Positions 10,392 to 19,586 of a stretch of 64,000 nt of DNA are shown piece after piece. Position numbers and translations under genes: made by a program. The first letter of the stretch is position 1. Each line of letters starts with the position of its first letter. Source of the DNA: Gemmatimonadota bacterium (lineage in GTDB: Bacteria > Gemmatimonadota > Gemmatimonadetes > Longimicrobiales > Gaopeijiaceae); the NCBI GenBank assembly GCA_034521595.1, contig JAXHMG010000002.1, positions 128,001-192,000 on the forward strand. Direction: 5' to 3'. The notes beneath the pieces were generated by a model, which searched no databases, was not told the DNA's origin, and saw only the letters and a list, made by a program, of their open reading frames with translations.

Positions 10392-10546
10392 GGGCGGGGT
10401 CTCCTGTCTCTTCTCTTGAATGCTACTTTAGAATGGCGGTAGGAACAGTACCACCCCGAAGACACTAGAATGTTCACGGGCACTCGGGAAGGGCTCCCTG
10501 CCTCCCACGAACACTCGAGAAAGATTTCCCCGATCCAACAGTCTTC

Positions 10547-12160
10547 ATGAGCACATCCCTCGCCGACGAGATCGCTCGGCGACGCACCTTCGCGATCATC
10601 AGTCACCCGGACGCGGGTAAGACGACGCTCACGGAAAAGCTCCTCCTGTACGGGGGCGCGATCCACAAGGCGGGCTCCGTGAAGAGCCGGCGCGCCTCTC
10701 GGCACGCCACGTCGGACTGGCTCGACATGGAGCAGGAGCGCGGCATCTCCATCACCGCGAGCGTGCTGCACTTCGACTACCAGGGCTTCCGCATCAACCT
10801 GCTCGATACCCCGGGCCACCAGGACTTCTCGGAAGATACGTACCGAGCGCTCATGGCGGCGGACAGCGCGATCATGCTGCTCGACAACCGGAAGGGGGTC
10901 GAGGCACAGACGGAGAAGCTGTTCAGCGTGTGCAAGCGCCGCCGGCTGCCGATCTTCACGTTCGTGAACAAGTGCGACCGCGTAGGAGAAGATCCGCTCG
11001 GCCTCATCGACGACGTCGAAACGGAGCTCGGGATTCGCTGTTTCGTCGCGACCTGGCCGGTCCGCAAGGACGGCCGGCTCATCGGCGTCTACGACCGGTC
11101 CCGAGGGAACGTGCTCCTCTACGCCAAGGAGGCGGACCACGGAGCGTCGATGCCGGAGGCCCACGCGGTCCCGCTGGACGACCCCGAGCTCGAAGCCGAG
11201 CTGGGCGCGGACGGAGTGGCCCGCCTGGAGGAGGAGATCGAGCTGATCGAGGTAGCCGGGGCCCCGATGGATTTCGACGCCGTGGCCACGGGGGAGGCGA
11301 CGCCCGTGTACTTCGGCAGCGCGTTGACCAACTACGGGGTGGACGTGTTCCTGGAACGGTTCCTCGCGTCGGCGCCTCCGCCGCCCGCTCGCGAGAGTGT
11401 CGACGGACCCGTGGACCCGGTCACGCGGCCGTTCTCCGGCTTCGTCTTCAAGGTTCAGGCGAACATGGACCTCCGCCACCGCGACCGAATCGCCTTCGTG
11501 CGCATCTGCTCGGGACGCTTCGAATCAGGCGCGGAGGCACGGGTCGCGCGAACGGACAAGACGCTGCGGCTCGCCCAACCCCAGGAGTTCATGGCACGGG
11601 AGCGCAGCCACGGCGAAGACGCGGTGGCGGGAGACGTAGTGGGACTCCACGACCGGGGCAACCTGAGGGTGGGCGATACCGTCGCGGTCGGAGAGGCGAT
11701 CGAATATCCCGGCGTGCCCCGCTTCTCGCCGGAGCTCTTCGCTCAGGTACGGATGGACGACGCGCTCCGCCGCAAGCACCTCGACCGCGGACTCAAGCAC
11801 TTCGCCGAGGAGGGCACGATCTTGCTCCTGTTCGCTCCCTCGATCACGGGACACGTCCCGATCGTCGGGGCCGTGGGGCAACTCCAGTTCGACGTGCTCG
11901 TCGACCGGCTCGAACGGGAGTACAACGTGAACGTCCGACTCGAGCCGCTCCCGTTCCACTGCGCCCGCTGGGTGGTCGGCCCCGAGCAAACGATCGACAA
12001 GGTCGCGTCGCTCTATGGACGCCGGCAGGTCGAGGACGCCGACGGCAATCCCCTGATCCTGTTCGACACCGAATGGGCGCTCAAGCGCACCATCGAGCAG
12101 GAGAAAGATCTCGTGTTTCACGACGTGCAGCCGCGCCAAAAGAAGAAAGCGGAGGTCTGA
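10547..12160 (+). CDS. prfC: Peptide chain release factor 3
   Basis: RRRTFAIISHPDAGKTTLTEKLLL, DTPGHQDFSEDTYR, FKVQANMD, GAVGQLQFDV. Confidence 0.97.
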   Translation: MSTSLADEIARRRTFAIISHPDAGKTTLTEKLLLYGGAIHKAGSVKSRRASRHATSDWLDMEQERGISITASVLHFDYQGFRINLLDTPGHQDFSEDTYRALMAADSAIMLLDNRKGVEAQTEKLFSVCKRRRLPIFTFVNKCDRVGEDPLGLIDDVETELGIRCFVATWPVRKDGRLIGVYDRSRGNVLLYAKEADHGASMPEAHAVPLDDPELEAELGADGVARLEEEIELIEVAGAPMDFDAVATGEATPVYFGSALTNYGVDVFLERFLASAPPPPARESVDGPVDPVTRPFSGFVFKVQANMDLRHRDRIAFVRICSGRFESGAEARVARTDKTLRLAQPQEFMARERSHGEDAVAGDVVGLHDRGNLRVGDTVAVGEAIEYPGVPRFSPELFAQVRMDDALRRKHLDRGLKHFAEEGTILLLFAPSITGHVPIVGAVGQLQFDVLVDRLEREYNVNVRLEPLPFHCARWVVGPEQTIDKVASLYGRRQVEDADGNPLILFDTEWALKRTIEQEKDLVFHDVQPRQKKKAEV

Positions 12161-12229
12161 GCGGAGGAGTCACGCGCCTTCCGAGCCGCCGTGGTCGAAG
12201 GTGAAGGACGGCTTCACCCCATCGCGCCC

Positions 12230-12745
12230 TCAGGGATCGAACTCGAGGTTGGTCATCGGGGGAGCGGTCGGACGGACGATGCGCAAAGCCTCTCGCTCGG
12301 ACGCGATGTGACAGCTGTTGCAAGCCTGCGTGAGCTGGTCGAACGCGCGGACGAACCCGTCCCGGTCGCTCCCGTCCACCGTCGCCTCGAGCTCCGCCAG
12401 GGCGGGCGCCGTGGTTTCGTCGAGCAGCTCGGCCACGGGAATCTCGTCGTACACGGGATGCAGAGTCTCGATGTCCTCGATCAGCTCCTCGAGCTCGTGA
12501 AGCTGATAGTCGGCGAGCGACCAGTTCTCGGCGTCACCGGCAAACCACAGGGCAGCGTGCCGCTCGCCAACCTCCCCCATCAGCGTGTGGAGTCCAGGGG
12601 TAAACCGCTCCTCGATCGCGGCGAGCCTGGCCTCCACGGCCGCCGTGTCGACCCGGTCGCCCGCCGGTTCGGCGCATGCTCCGACGACGAGCGCGCCCAG
12701 CGCCCAAGCTGCCGTAGACCCGAGCTGCACGGCCCGATGCGTCAT
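12230..12745 (-). CDS. Lipoprotein with C-terminal CxxCH (cytochrome c'-like helical bundle)
   Basis: Lipobox VGAC, PGLHTLMGEV, ACNSCH heme-binding motif. Confidence 0.65.
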   Translation of the reverse strand: MTHRAVQLGSTAAWALGALVVGACAEPAGDRVDTAAVEARLAAIEERFTPGLHTLMGEVGERHAALWFAGDAENWSLADYQLHELEELIEDIETLHPVYDEIPVAELLDETTAPALAELEATVDGSDRDGFVRAFDQLTQACNSCHIASEREALRIVRPTAPPMTNLEFDP

Positions 12746-12746
12746 G

Positions 12747-14570
12747 TCACCCTCCTACTGCCACGCGGTTGTTCGACGGGTCCGAATCCAACAGCACGAC
12801 GTCGGGATCGACCACGACCGCCTCGGGACGCTGCTCGGTCACGACCTCCACGGTCTGTTCCCGCTCCCGTCCCTCCAGGAGGATCCGCTCCGCCCCCACC
12901 CCCACCGTCACCGGCATCCAGGCTTCACCCCGGCGGGTGACGGTCGCGGTCGTGCGCCATCCGCCAGCGGTTTCTTCAGTCCGCACGTCCGAGACGCCGT
13001 AGTCGAGCGTGGCCGTGGTGTGGAGCCATTGCTCGAAGAACCATTCGAGGTCCCGGCCCGACGCGTCCTCGATCGCCCTCCGGAGATCGTCCTCGACCAC
13101 GTGCTCGAACGCCTTGCGCTCGTAATAGAGCGCGAGCCCCTCCCGCATCGTGTCCGCACCGACCAACTCGCGGAGCATGCGCAGAACGATCGCCGGCTTC
13201 GTGTACGAGAGCAGTCCGTAGACGTCATAGCTCGGCATCTCGTGGCTCGGCGTCGCCACCGGCACGGGAAGCCCGCGCGCCTCCATCTGTCCGACACCGC
13301 GCACCGCGCGAGACCAGGGGTCGATTCCTCCCACTTCCTCCATGAACCAGTTCCCGAGGAAGCTCGCCATGCCCTCGTCCATCCAGGCATCCTTCCACTC
13401 GTTGCTCCCGAAGATCCCCATCGCGTACTGGTGCGCGAACTCGTGCACGATGAGCCCCTGCCCGGGGCTCCCGTCCATGACGAGCATCGGGAACTCGGTC
13501 CCGCCGGACTCCAGGCGGTGGAGGTTCGTGATCTGGGGGTAGGGATACGGTCCGAAGATCGTCTCCAACCATTCCAGCGCCCGGATCGAACGGTTCACCG
13601 CCGCACCGAGGTCCCAGTCCACGTCTCCGGGACGATAGAGAACATGCACCGCCACGTCGCCGTGCCGCCCCGCCTCGTATCGGTACTCGGGGCTGGTGCT
13701 CCACGCGAAGTGGTGGATGTCCTCGCCGTAGAACCGCACGCGCTTGCGTCCTTCGGTGACGGAGGACGACAGGAAGCCGGGCGAGACGGGCTCCCGGGGG
13801 CGCACGTACCATGAGGACTGCTTACGCACGACGTCGACGGGACTCGTGGGCTCGAGCTTCCACCCGGGGTCGCCCTCCAACACCGCGCCGGTCGCGCCGA
13901 CGACCTGGTCTTCGGCGAGATCGAGCGTCACGTCGAAGATTCCATACTCTCCGTAGAACTCACCCTGCGGATGGAGCGGGTGGCCTTGCCACCCGTCCTC
14001 GTCGTACACCGCGATGCGCGGGTACCACTGCGCGAAGTCCCAACTCCGGCCCTCACGGCACTGTCGGCGACACAACGTCGCCGGACGCGCCCGCCACTCG
14101 AACGTGAACGTGCGCATCTCGCCCGGCTCGATCGGCTCCGGAAGGCTGAAGCGAACGACGGTCGAGTCCGGCGCGAACGGGTACTCGGGCGTGAGCGTCT
14201 CGCCCTCCATGCGCATGGAGCGGAGCCGCTCGTATCCGTAATCCGGATCCTCCAGCGACTGGAAGTCGTACTCCTCGCGCTCCTCCACCTCGGCCCAGCG
14301 GCTGTTCGGGCGAAAGGCGTTCAGGTAGAGGTGAAAGTAGACCTCGTCGAGCACGTCCGGCGACCGGTTGTGGTAGACGAGGCTGCCGGCGCCCTCGAGC
14401 CGCTCGGCCGCTTCGTTCAGCGACGCTTCGATCGTGTAGTGCGCCTCCTGCTGCCAGTAGTCGGCGGCTCCCCCGGCCTCCGCTTGCGCCGTCAGGCCGA
14501 CCGGCACCACTCCGAGAAAGGCCAGGACACTCGCGAGCCCGCTGGTCCTCCACCTCGTCGGCCGTCTCAT
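12747..14570 (-). CDS. M1 family metallo-aminopeptidase, secreted
   Basis: YWQQEAHY, QWYPR, GGTEFP, HEFAH...WMDEG zinc motif. Confidence 0.92.
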   Translation of the reverse strand: MRRPTRWRTSGLASVLAFLGVVPVGLTAQAEAGGAADYWQQEAHYTIEASLNEAAERLEGAGSLVYHNRSPDVLDEVYFHLYLNAFRPNSRWAEVEEREEYDFQSLEDPDYGYERLRSMRMEGETLTPEYPFAPDSTVVRFSLPEPIEPGEMRTFTFEWRARPATLCRRQCREGRSWDFAQWYPRIAVYDEDGWQGHPLHPQGEFYGEYGIFDVTLDLAEDQVVGATGAVLEGDPGWKLEPTSPVDVVRKQSSWYVRPREPVSPGFLSSSVTEGRKRVRFYGEDIHHFAWSTSPEYRYEAGRHGDVAVHVLYRPGDVDWDLGAAVNRSIRALEWLETIFGPYPYPQITNLHRLESGGTEFPMLVMDGSPGQGLIVHEFAHQYAMGIFGSNEWKDAWMDEGMASFLGNWFMEEVGGIDPWSRAVRGVGQMEARGLPVPVATPSHEMPSYDVYGLLSYTKPAIVLRMLRELVGADTMREGLALYYERKAFEHVVEDDLRRAIEDASGRDLEWFFEQWLHTTATLDYGVSDVRTEETAGGWRTTATVTRRGEAWMPVTVGVGAERILLEGREREQTVEVVTEQRPEAVVVDPDVVLLDSDPSNNRVAVGG

Positions 14571-15709
14571 TCGCCCGGGGCCCTTCCCATTCCCGTCACG
14601 TTGCGGCCGAGCTCCAGGACCTCGATCGCTTCGAACGATCGCGTGTCGATGACGGTCACATTCCCCACGCCTGCACCGTCTTCACGGCCTCCGGAGCCGG
14701 TCATGCCCTCCATGGACCCTCCCGTCCCGTTGTTCGAGACGAACGCCCGGGTCCCGTCCGGTGAGAAGACGACCTGATGCGGTTGCCGGAAGCTCTCGGC
14801 CGTGATGCGGCGCTCGACCGTCCAATCCGCCGTTCGGACGACCGCGATCTCGTTCTCCCCCTTCACCGGCACCCAGACGCTCGATCCGTCGGGCGTGAAG
14901 ATCGGGTCGAAGGCCATCGGACCGAGTCCGACGGAGGCCACCTGGCGGGGGTGCGCAGGGTCCTCGAGGTCGAAGGCGAGCAACCGACCGGACACCTCGG
15001 TCGAGCCCACGAGCCAACGGCCGTCGGCGGATACCGCGAACTGCACGAGCGCGTGCGGGGGACCGTCGAGGTCGGTGAGCGTCACCTCCTCGGTCTCGAG
15101 GTCGATCGCCGCGATTTGATTCACGCCCAGGCTCCCGGTATACGCCCAGCGCCCGTCGGGTGTGAGCGTCATCGGGTGCGGGCGTGGAAAGAACACGTCG
15201 ATCTCATCGCCGTCCATGGTCCGAGTGTCGATCCACCCCACCCGCGTCGGCGGGTTGGTCGCACTCATCGACCGACTGGCCAGGAGCCGGCCCGTGCCCG
15301 GCTCGAAGCTGAGCATTCCGGGCGTCGACATCTCGAACGTCCCCTGGAGCTCACCGCCCCGGTCGAAGCGAGCTACAAGGTCCTCGCCGATGAGCGACAC
15401 GTACCAGCGCTCACCGCCCGGCTCGACCGCGACGTGATGGGGCTTGGCATTGGAGGAGAAGCCGAGCGTGGTCAGATCGATCGTCCGCGCGACCTCCAGG
15501 CCGTCCATGTCGATCACCGCGATGCGTGCATCGTCCTGCACGCAGGCGTACAGATACTCGGGCGCAGCCTCGTCGCCGGTGTTGCCCGGGCTCACGGCTT
15601 GGGCGTCGGAGGAAGTGGCGGGCGCCGCGCACGCCAGCAGGGGAAGCAGCGCCAGCGCCTCGAAGAACGAGCGCCGGCGGGGAGAACGTACCGTCACGGT
15701 TCTGGTCAT
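14567..15709 (-). CDS. YncE/YVTN-type beta-propeller lipoprotein
   Basis: Lipobox LLAC, repeated PH..TPDG/SPDG blades. Confidence 0.8.
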   Translation of the reverse strand: MTRTVTVRSPRRRSFFEALALLPLLACAAPATSSDAQAVSPGNTGDEAAPEYLYACVQDDARIAVIDMDGLEVARTIDLTTLGFSSNAKPHHVAVEPGGERWYVSLIGEDLVARFDRGGELQGTFEMSTPGMLSFEPGTGRLLASRSMSATNPPTRVGWIDTRTMDGDEIDVFFPRPHPMTLTPDGRWAYTGSLGVNQIAAIDLETEEVTLTDLDGPPHALVQFAVSADGRWLVGSTEVSGRLLAFDLEDPAHPRQVASVGLGPMAFDPIFTPDGSSVWVPVKGENEIAVVRTADWTVERRITAESFRQPHQVVFSPDGTRAFVSNNGTGGSMEGMTGSGGREDGAGVGNVTVIDTRSFEAIEVLELGRNVTGMGRAPGE

Positions 15710-15740
15710 GAGTTCCTGTCCGGATCGGGTTGCTGGAGGA

Positions 15741-16202
15741 CTACGCGCTGGCCCCTGCAGCGGCCGAGCCGTCCGACTCGACCTGCTCGCGGATCTGGCG
15801 CTTCAGCCGGTTCAAAATCGCGCTCATTCCCCGTAGCCGCAGGGGAGACACCACCTCACCCAGCCCCATTTCGGAGTAGAAGTCCGACGGGACCTCGAGC
15901 ACCTCCTGCCACCCGGCTCCTTCCAAACCTTCCCTGAGGATGCCCGCGAAGCCACGCACGGTCGGACTCTCCGCGGGCGCATCGAAGAAGAGGTGAACCG
16001 CTCCGTCGTCGTCGACCCGCGTGGCGAGGAAAAAGGGCGTCTGGCATTCGTGCACCTGTTCGAGCGACGAACGGTCATCGGCGAACTCGGCCGGAAGCTC
16101 CGGCACCTTGTTCGCGAACTGCAGGAGTGCCTGGACCCTCAGGTCCTTGGGCGCGCTTCCGAACCGATCCACGATCTTGGACAATGCGGGTGGGATGCTC
16201 AT
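15741..16202 (-). CDS. sufE: SufE family sulfur-acceptor protein
   Basis: VHECQTP, ESPTVRGFAGIL, SPLRLRGM. Confidence 0.9.
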   Translation of the reverse strand: MSIPPALSKIVDRFGSAPKDLRVQALLQFANKVPELPAEFADDRSSLEQVHECQTPFFLATRVDDDGAVHLFFDAPAESPTVRGFAGILREGLEGAGWQEVLEVPSDFYSEMGLGEVVSPLRLRGMSAILNRLKRQIREQVESDGSAAAGASA

Positions 16203-16403
16203 GTGTCCGGGCTACCGCACGAACGGCTCCGGGTTCCGTCGCGGGCACCGTAGCGGACCGAGCTCCGGAAACGTCGTCCGGGTGAACTCGCGACTCGGAT
16301 CGGGGTTACGTTCATGCTCGGGCACGGACCGGACCGGGTGCCCCGCACCCACGCGTGCCGCACGAAAGAGGAACGACAATGCGACTGCCCACCTGGAGGA
16401 CCC

Positions 16404-17279
16404 ATGCCAGCTCCCAACGACTCCGATCCCCGGTTCGAGCGCTACGCCCATCCGGATAAGCTCGTCTCCACGGACTGGCTCGCCGAGCACCTCGACGACT
16501 CCGACGTAGCCATCGTGGAGTCCGACGAGGACGTGCTCCTCTACGACACCGGCCACATCCCGGGCGCGATCAAGATCGACTGGCACATGGATCTGAACGA
16601 CCCGGTGACCCGGGATTACCTGGACGGGAAGAAGTTCGCCGAGCTCATGTCGTCGAAGGGCATCGACCGCGACACGACCGTCGTCTTCTACGGCGACAAC
16701 TTCAACTGGTGGGCCGCGTACGCGCTTTGGGTGTTCACCCTCTTCGGCCATCCGGACGTACGGTTGCTCGACGGTGGCCGCAAGAAGTGGATCGACGAAG
16801 ACCGGCCGCTCACGACGGACGTGCCCGAGCGCCCCCGCACGGAATACCCGGTCGTCGAACGGAACGACACGGAGATCCGGGCGTTCCGCGACGAAGTGCT
16901 CGAGCACATGAGCGCGGGCGGCAAGCTGGTCGACGTCCGGTCACCTCAGGAGTACAGCGGCGAGCTGCTGCACATGCCGGACTACCCGCAGGAGGGCTCG
17001 TTGCGAGGCGGCCACATCCCGGGGGCCGCGAACGTCCCGTGGAAGCGGGCCGCCAACGACGACGGCACGTTCAAGGACGTCGACGAGTTGAAGAAGATCT
17101 ACGAGCAGGAGCAGGGCCTCTCCCCCGATGCGGACGTCGTCGCCTACTGCCGGATCGGCGAGCGCTCGAGCCACACTTGGTTCGTGCTGCAGCACCTGCT
17201 CGGGTACCCGAAGGTCCGGAACTACGACGGTTCCTGGACGGAATGGGGGAACATGGTCCGCGCGCCGATCGAGCGCTGA
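16404..17279 (+). CDS. Tandem-domain rhodanese / thiosulfate sulfurtransferase (SseA/CysA-like)
   Basis: GHIPGA twice, active site [25 protein letters not shown] upstream. Confidence 0.95.
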   Translation: MPAPNDSDPRFERYAHPDKLVSTDWLAEHLDDSDVAIVESDEDVLLYDTGHIPGAIKIDWHMDLNDPVTRDYLDGKKFAELMSSKGIDRDTTVVFYGDNFNWWAAYALWVFTLFGHPDVRLLDGGRKKWIDEDRPLTTDVPERPRTEYPVVERNDTEIRAFRDEVLEHMSAGGKLVDVRSPQEYSGELLHMPDYPQEGSLRGGHIPGAANVPWKRAANDDGTFKDVDELKKIYEQEQGLSPDADVVAYCRIGERSSHTWFVLQHLLGYPKVRNYDGSWTEWGNMVRAPIER

Positions 17280-17322
17280 GCGACGCCGTGGACGCGGGGC
17301 GGGTCGGCGTCAGGCGGAAGCC

Positions 17323-17335
17323 CTAGCAGCCCGTG
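17323..17335 (+). repeat. Short left-type copy of the MITE terminal inverted repeat
   Basis: CTAGCAGCCCGTG is identical to 25007-25019. Confidence 0.55.
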
Positions 17336-18639
17336 CTGGAGGCGTCGAGCGGGTTCTTGCGGATGATCGAGCGAGCCATGTTGAAGTGGCGGAGCCCGGC
17401 TTTCGGATCGTAGACCACGAACATGGCGCCGTGCTGGTCGTACCCCTCCGGGTTCACACCCGAGTAGTCCATCAGGGTCCGGGCGAACTCGGCCGTCATC
17501 TTGTTCCCGAGCTCGTCCTCACCCAACGGGCTGCGGAACAGGGCATCCATCGGGAGGTTCAGCTCCGAGCCCTTGTGTAGCGCGATCAGCACCTTCGCGA
17601 TCAGGGCGTTGTGCGGAAAGTTGAAGTGCAGGTCCAGGGGCGAATACCGGTCCGGGCGGGGCCGGTGCCGCTCGAGGTCCTCGAGGATGGCCTCCTGGTG
17701 TCGCCCGAAGAGCCGTTTGAACTCCGTGAGCTCGTTCCGGTACCCGTCGAGGGCGGCCGGCGGCCGCTCGAAGAACGCCCAGGGGTCGGGCGTGAGTCCG
17801 TTGATCATGCCCTCTACCACCGGATCACGCTCGTCCTCCGACGCGCCCCGCTCGACGAGGCGGTCGTATGCCCGCACCAGCTCGAGCACGGCGGTGAGCA
17901 GCCACGGGTAATCGCCCACGTTGTCGTCCCGCATGCGGCCCACGTCCCGGCGGTACATGACACCGAACCCCCAGCGCAGGTGTCCGGCGAGGACGGCCGT
18001 TCCCAGCCTCGCGAAGCGGACGCGGCGCTCCTCGACTCCGAGCCTCCAGACTTTCTCGACCAGGCGGTCGTAGGCGGCCTCCTCGGGATGGAACTGCGAC
18101 ATCCCCAGAATGAGCAACGTCTCGGCATGCTCGACGAAGAGGTGGCCGCTGCCATCGCGGCCCTGTAGCCGCTCGATCAGCGCATCGACCCGATCCATGT
18201 ACGCCGCCGGATCCTCGGCGTCCCACGCGCGCATGGTCAACAGGATCAGAAGGTGGAAGAAGTAGTAGTCCAGCAATATGGCCAACACTTCGCGCTCGGT
18301 GCCCTCGACCATCCCGATGTCGGAGAAGTAGTCGAGAAGGATGACCGGCGTGTTCTCCCGGCTGAACTCCAGAGCACGGAAGTTCCAACTGTGGAGGACT
18401 CGGAAGCCCTCGCTCCGGGTGCGGTGGTCCAGCCGATCCACGACGTCGCGAAGCTCGTGTCGCGTCGACTCGGTCTCGAACGTGTGCGCTTGCATGGCGC
18501 CCCGGATATGCTTCAAGGCACGCCCCATCGAACCCTGCGCGAGCGCTTCGTCCACCAACTCACCGCGGAACGGCCCTTCGAGCATCGCTTCGAGGCGTTC
18601 CGCCGCGACCTCGCAGAGGATCTCGGTTGTCTCGGACAT
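17323..18639 (-). CDS. Hypothetical protein (~438 aa)
   Basis: Long ORF with genome-typical codon use and SD-like GGAAGG; no family recognised. Confidence 0.8.
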   Translation of the reverse strand: MSETTEILCEVAAERLEAMLEGPFRGELVDEALAQGSMGRALKHIRGAMQAHTFETESTRHELRDVVDRLDHRTRSEGFRVLHSWNFRALEFSRENTPVILLDYFSDIGMVEGTEREVLAILLDYYFFHLLILLTMRAWDAEDPAAYMDRVDALIERLQGRDGSGHLFVEHAETLLILGMSQFHPEEAAYDRLVEKVWRLGVEERRVRFARLGTAVLAGHLRWGFGVMYRRDVGRMRDDNVGDYPWLLTAVLELVRAYDRLVERGASEDERDPVVEGMINGLTPDPWAFFERPPAALDGYRNELTEFKRLFGRHQEAILEDLERHRPRPDRYSPLDLHFNFPHNALIAKVLIALHKGSELNLPMDALFRSPLGEDELGNKMTAEFARTLMDYSGVNPEGYDQHGAMFVVYDPKAGLRHFNMARSIIRKNPLDASSTGC

Positions 18640-18663
18640 CGACCTTCCCTGAAAAATCAGATT

Positions 18664-18695
18664 CGGCCCGGCCAACTTCTGCCACGGGCTGTTAG
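18664..18695 (-). repeat. Right-type copy of the MITE terminal inverted repeat
   Basis: 18664-18693 matches 25325-25354 at 27/30; ends in TTAG. Confidence 0.85.
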
Positions 18696-18743
18696 GAGCG
18701 CGCTACAGCCGGAGGGACACGCCTCCGCCGCTCGGCGTTGCGA

Positions 18744-19514
18744 TCAGCGTTGCAGGTTGATCGGGATGAGCGCGACCGCCCGGTGGGCCATGCGCTCCAT
18801 GAACTGGTGCGTGTAGGCCCGGATCTCGAGCCCCCGGCCATACACCTCCACGAGGTAGAGGTCGTAGGGTTGGTAGGTCGCGAGCTGATCCAGCCCCCCG
18901 ATCACCGGCATCTCGTCCACGTACACCCGGGGCTGCTCGAGGCGCCCGCGCCGCTGGATGCACAGCGTCCCGAAGGCTCGGGTGCCACACGACCGGGGGT
19001 GGAGCGCCGCTTCCATTCGCAGGAAGTCCAGGAAATCGCGGGCGGCGGACTGCACCAGACGCTCCTGGTCGAACGCGCGGACCGACGTGGCCGTCGCGTT
19101 CCGGCGGCGGCGCAACCGCTGGTCCATCAGCTCCAGCCGGTCGGTGACCACGTTCAAGCCGTCCAGCAAGACGGCCTCCGGCGGCAAGGGGATCCGGACC
19201 TCGAGCGCCCCTTCGGTCGGAACGACGGCCTCCATGCCGGTCGTTTGGTACCCGTAGCGGCGGACGGTCACCCCGAGGGAACCGCTCGAGAGCTCCCCGA
19301 GGTCGAACAGGCCCGCGGAATCGGTGAGCACGGCATACCGCTCGTCGTCCACGACCACCAGCGCGTCGGCGATCGGAAGGCCCGTGACCTCATCGACGAC
19401 GAGGCCGGAGACCCGGGCATGGTTCGGACGCGTCTCCGGCTCCTGGGCGGCGGAAGGGCGTGCCCAGCCCGCGACCGCCATCACGGCCACCCCTGCGAGC
19501 ACGATCTTCCTCAT
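18744..19514 (-). CDS. Secreted carboxypeptidase-regulatory-like domain protein
   Basis: Signal peptide; VSGLVVDEVTGLPIADALV, TDSAGLF, RRYGY. Confidence 0.8.
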   Translation of the reverse strand: MRKIVLAGVAVMAVAGWARPSAAQEPETRPNHARVSGLVVDEVTGLPIADALVVVDDERYAVLTDSAGLFDLGELSSGSLGVTVRRYGYQTTGMEAVVPTEGALEVRIPLPPEAVLLDGLNVVTDRLELMDQRLRRRRNATATSVRAFDQERLVQSAARDFLDFLRMEAALHPRSCGTRAFGTLCIQRRGRLEQPRVYVDEMPVIGGLDQLATYQPYDLYLVEVYGRGLEIRAYTHQFMERMAHRAVALIPINLQR

Positions 19515-19586
19515 GTGCGCCTCCCGTGAGCGCGGTTCCCTGGAGCACTCGAACCGTAAGCGGGCCGAGGGGCCCCGGCAAGCGGC

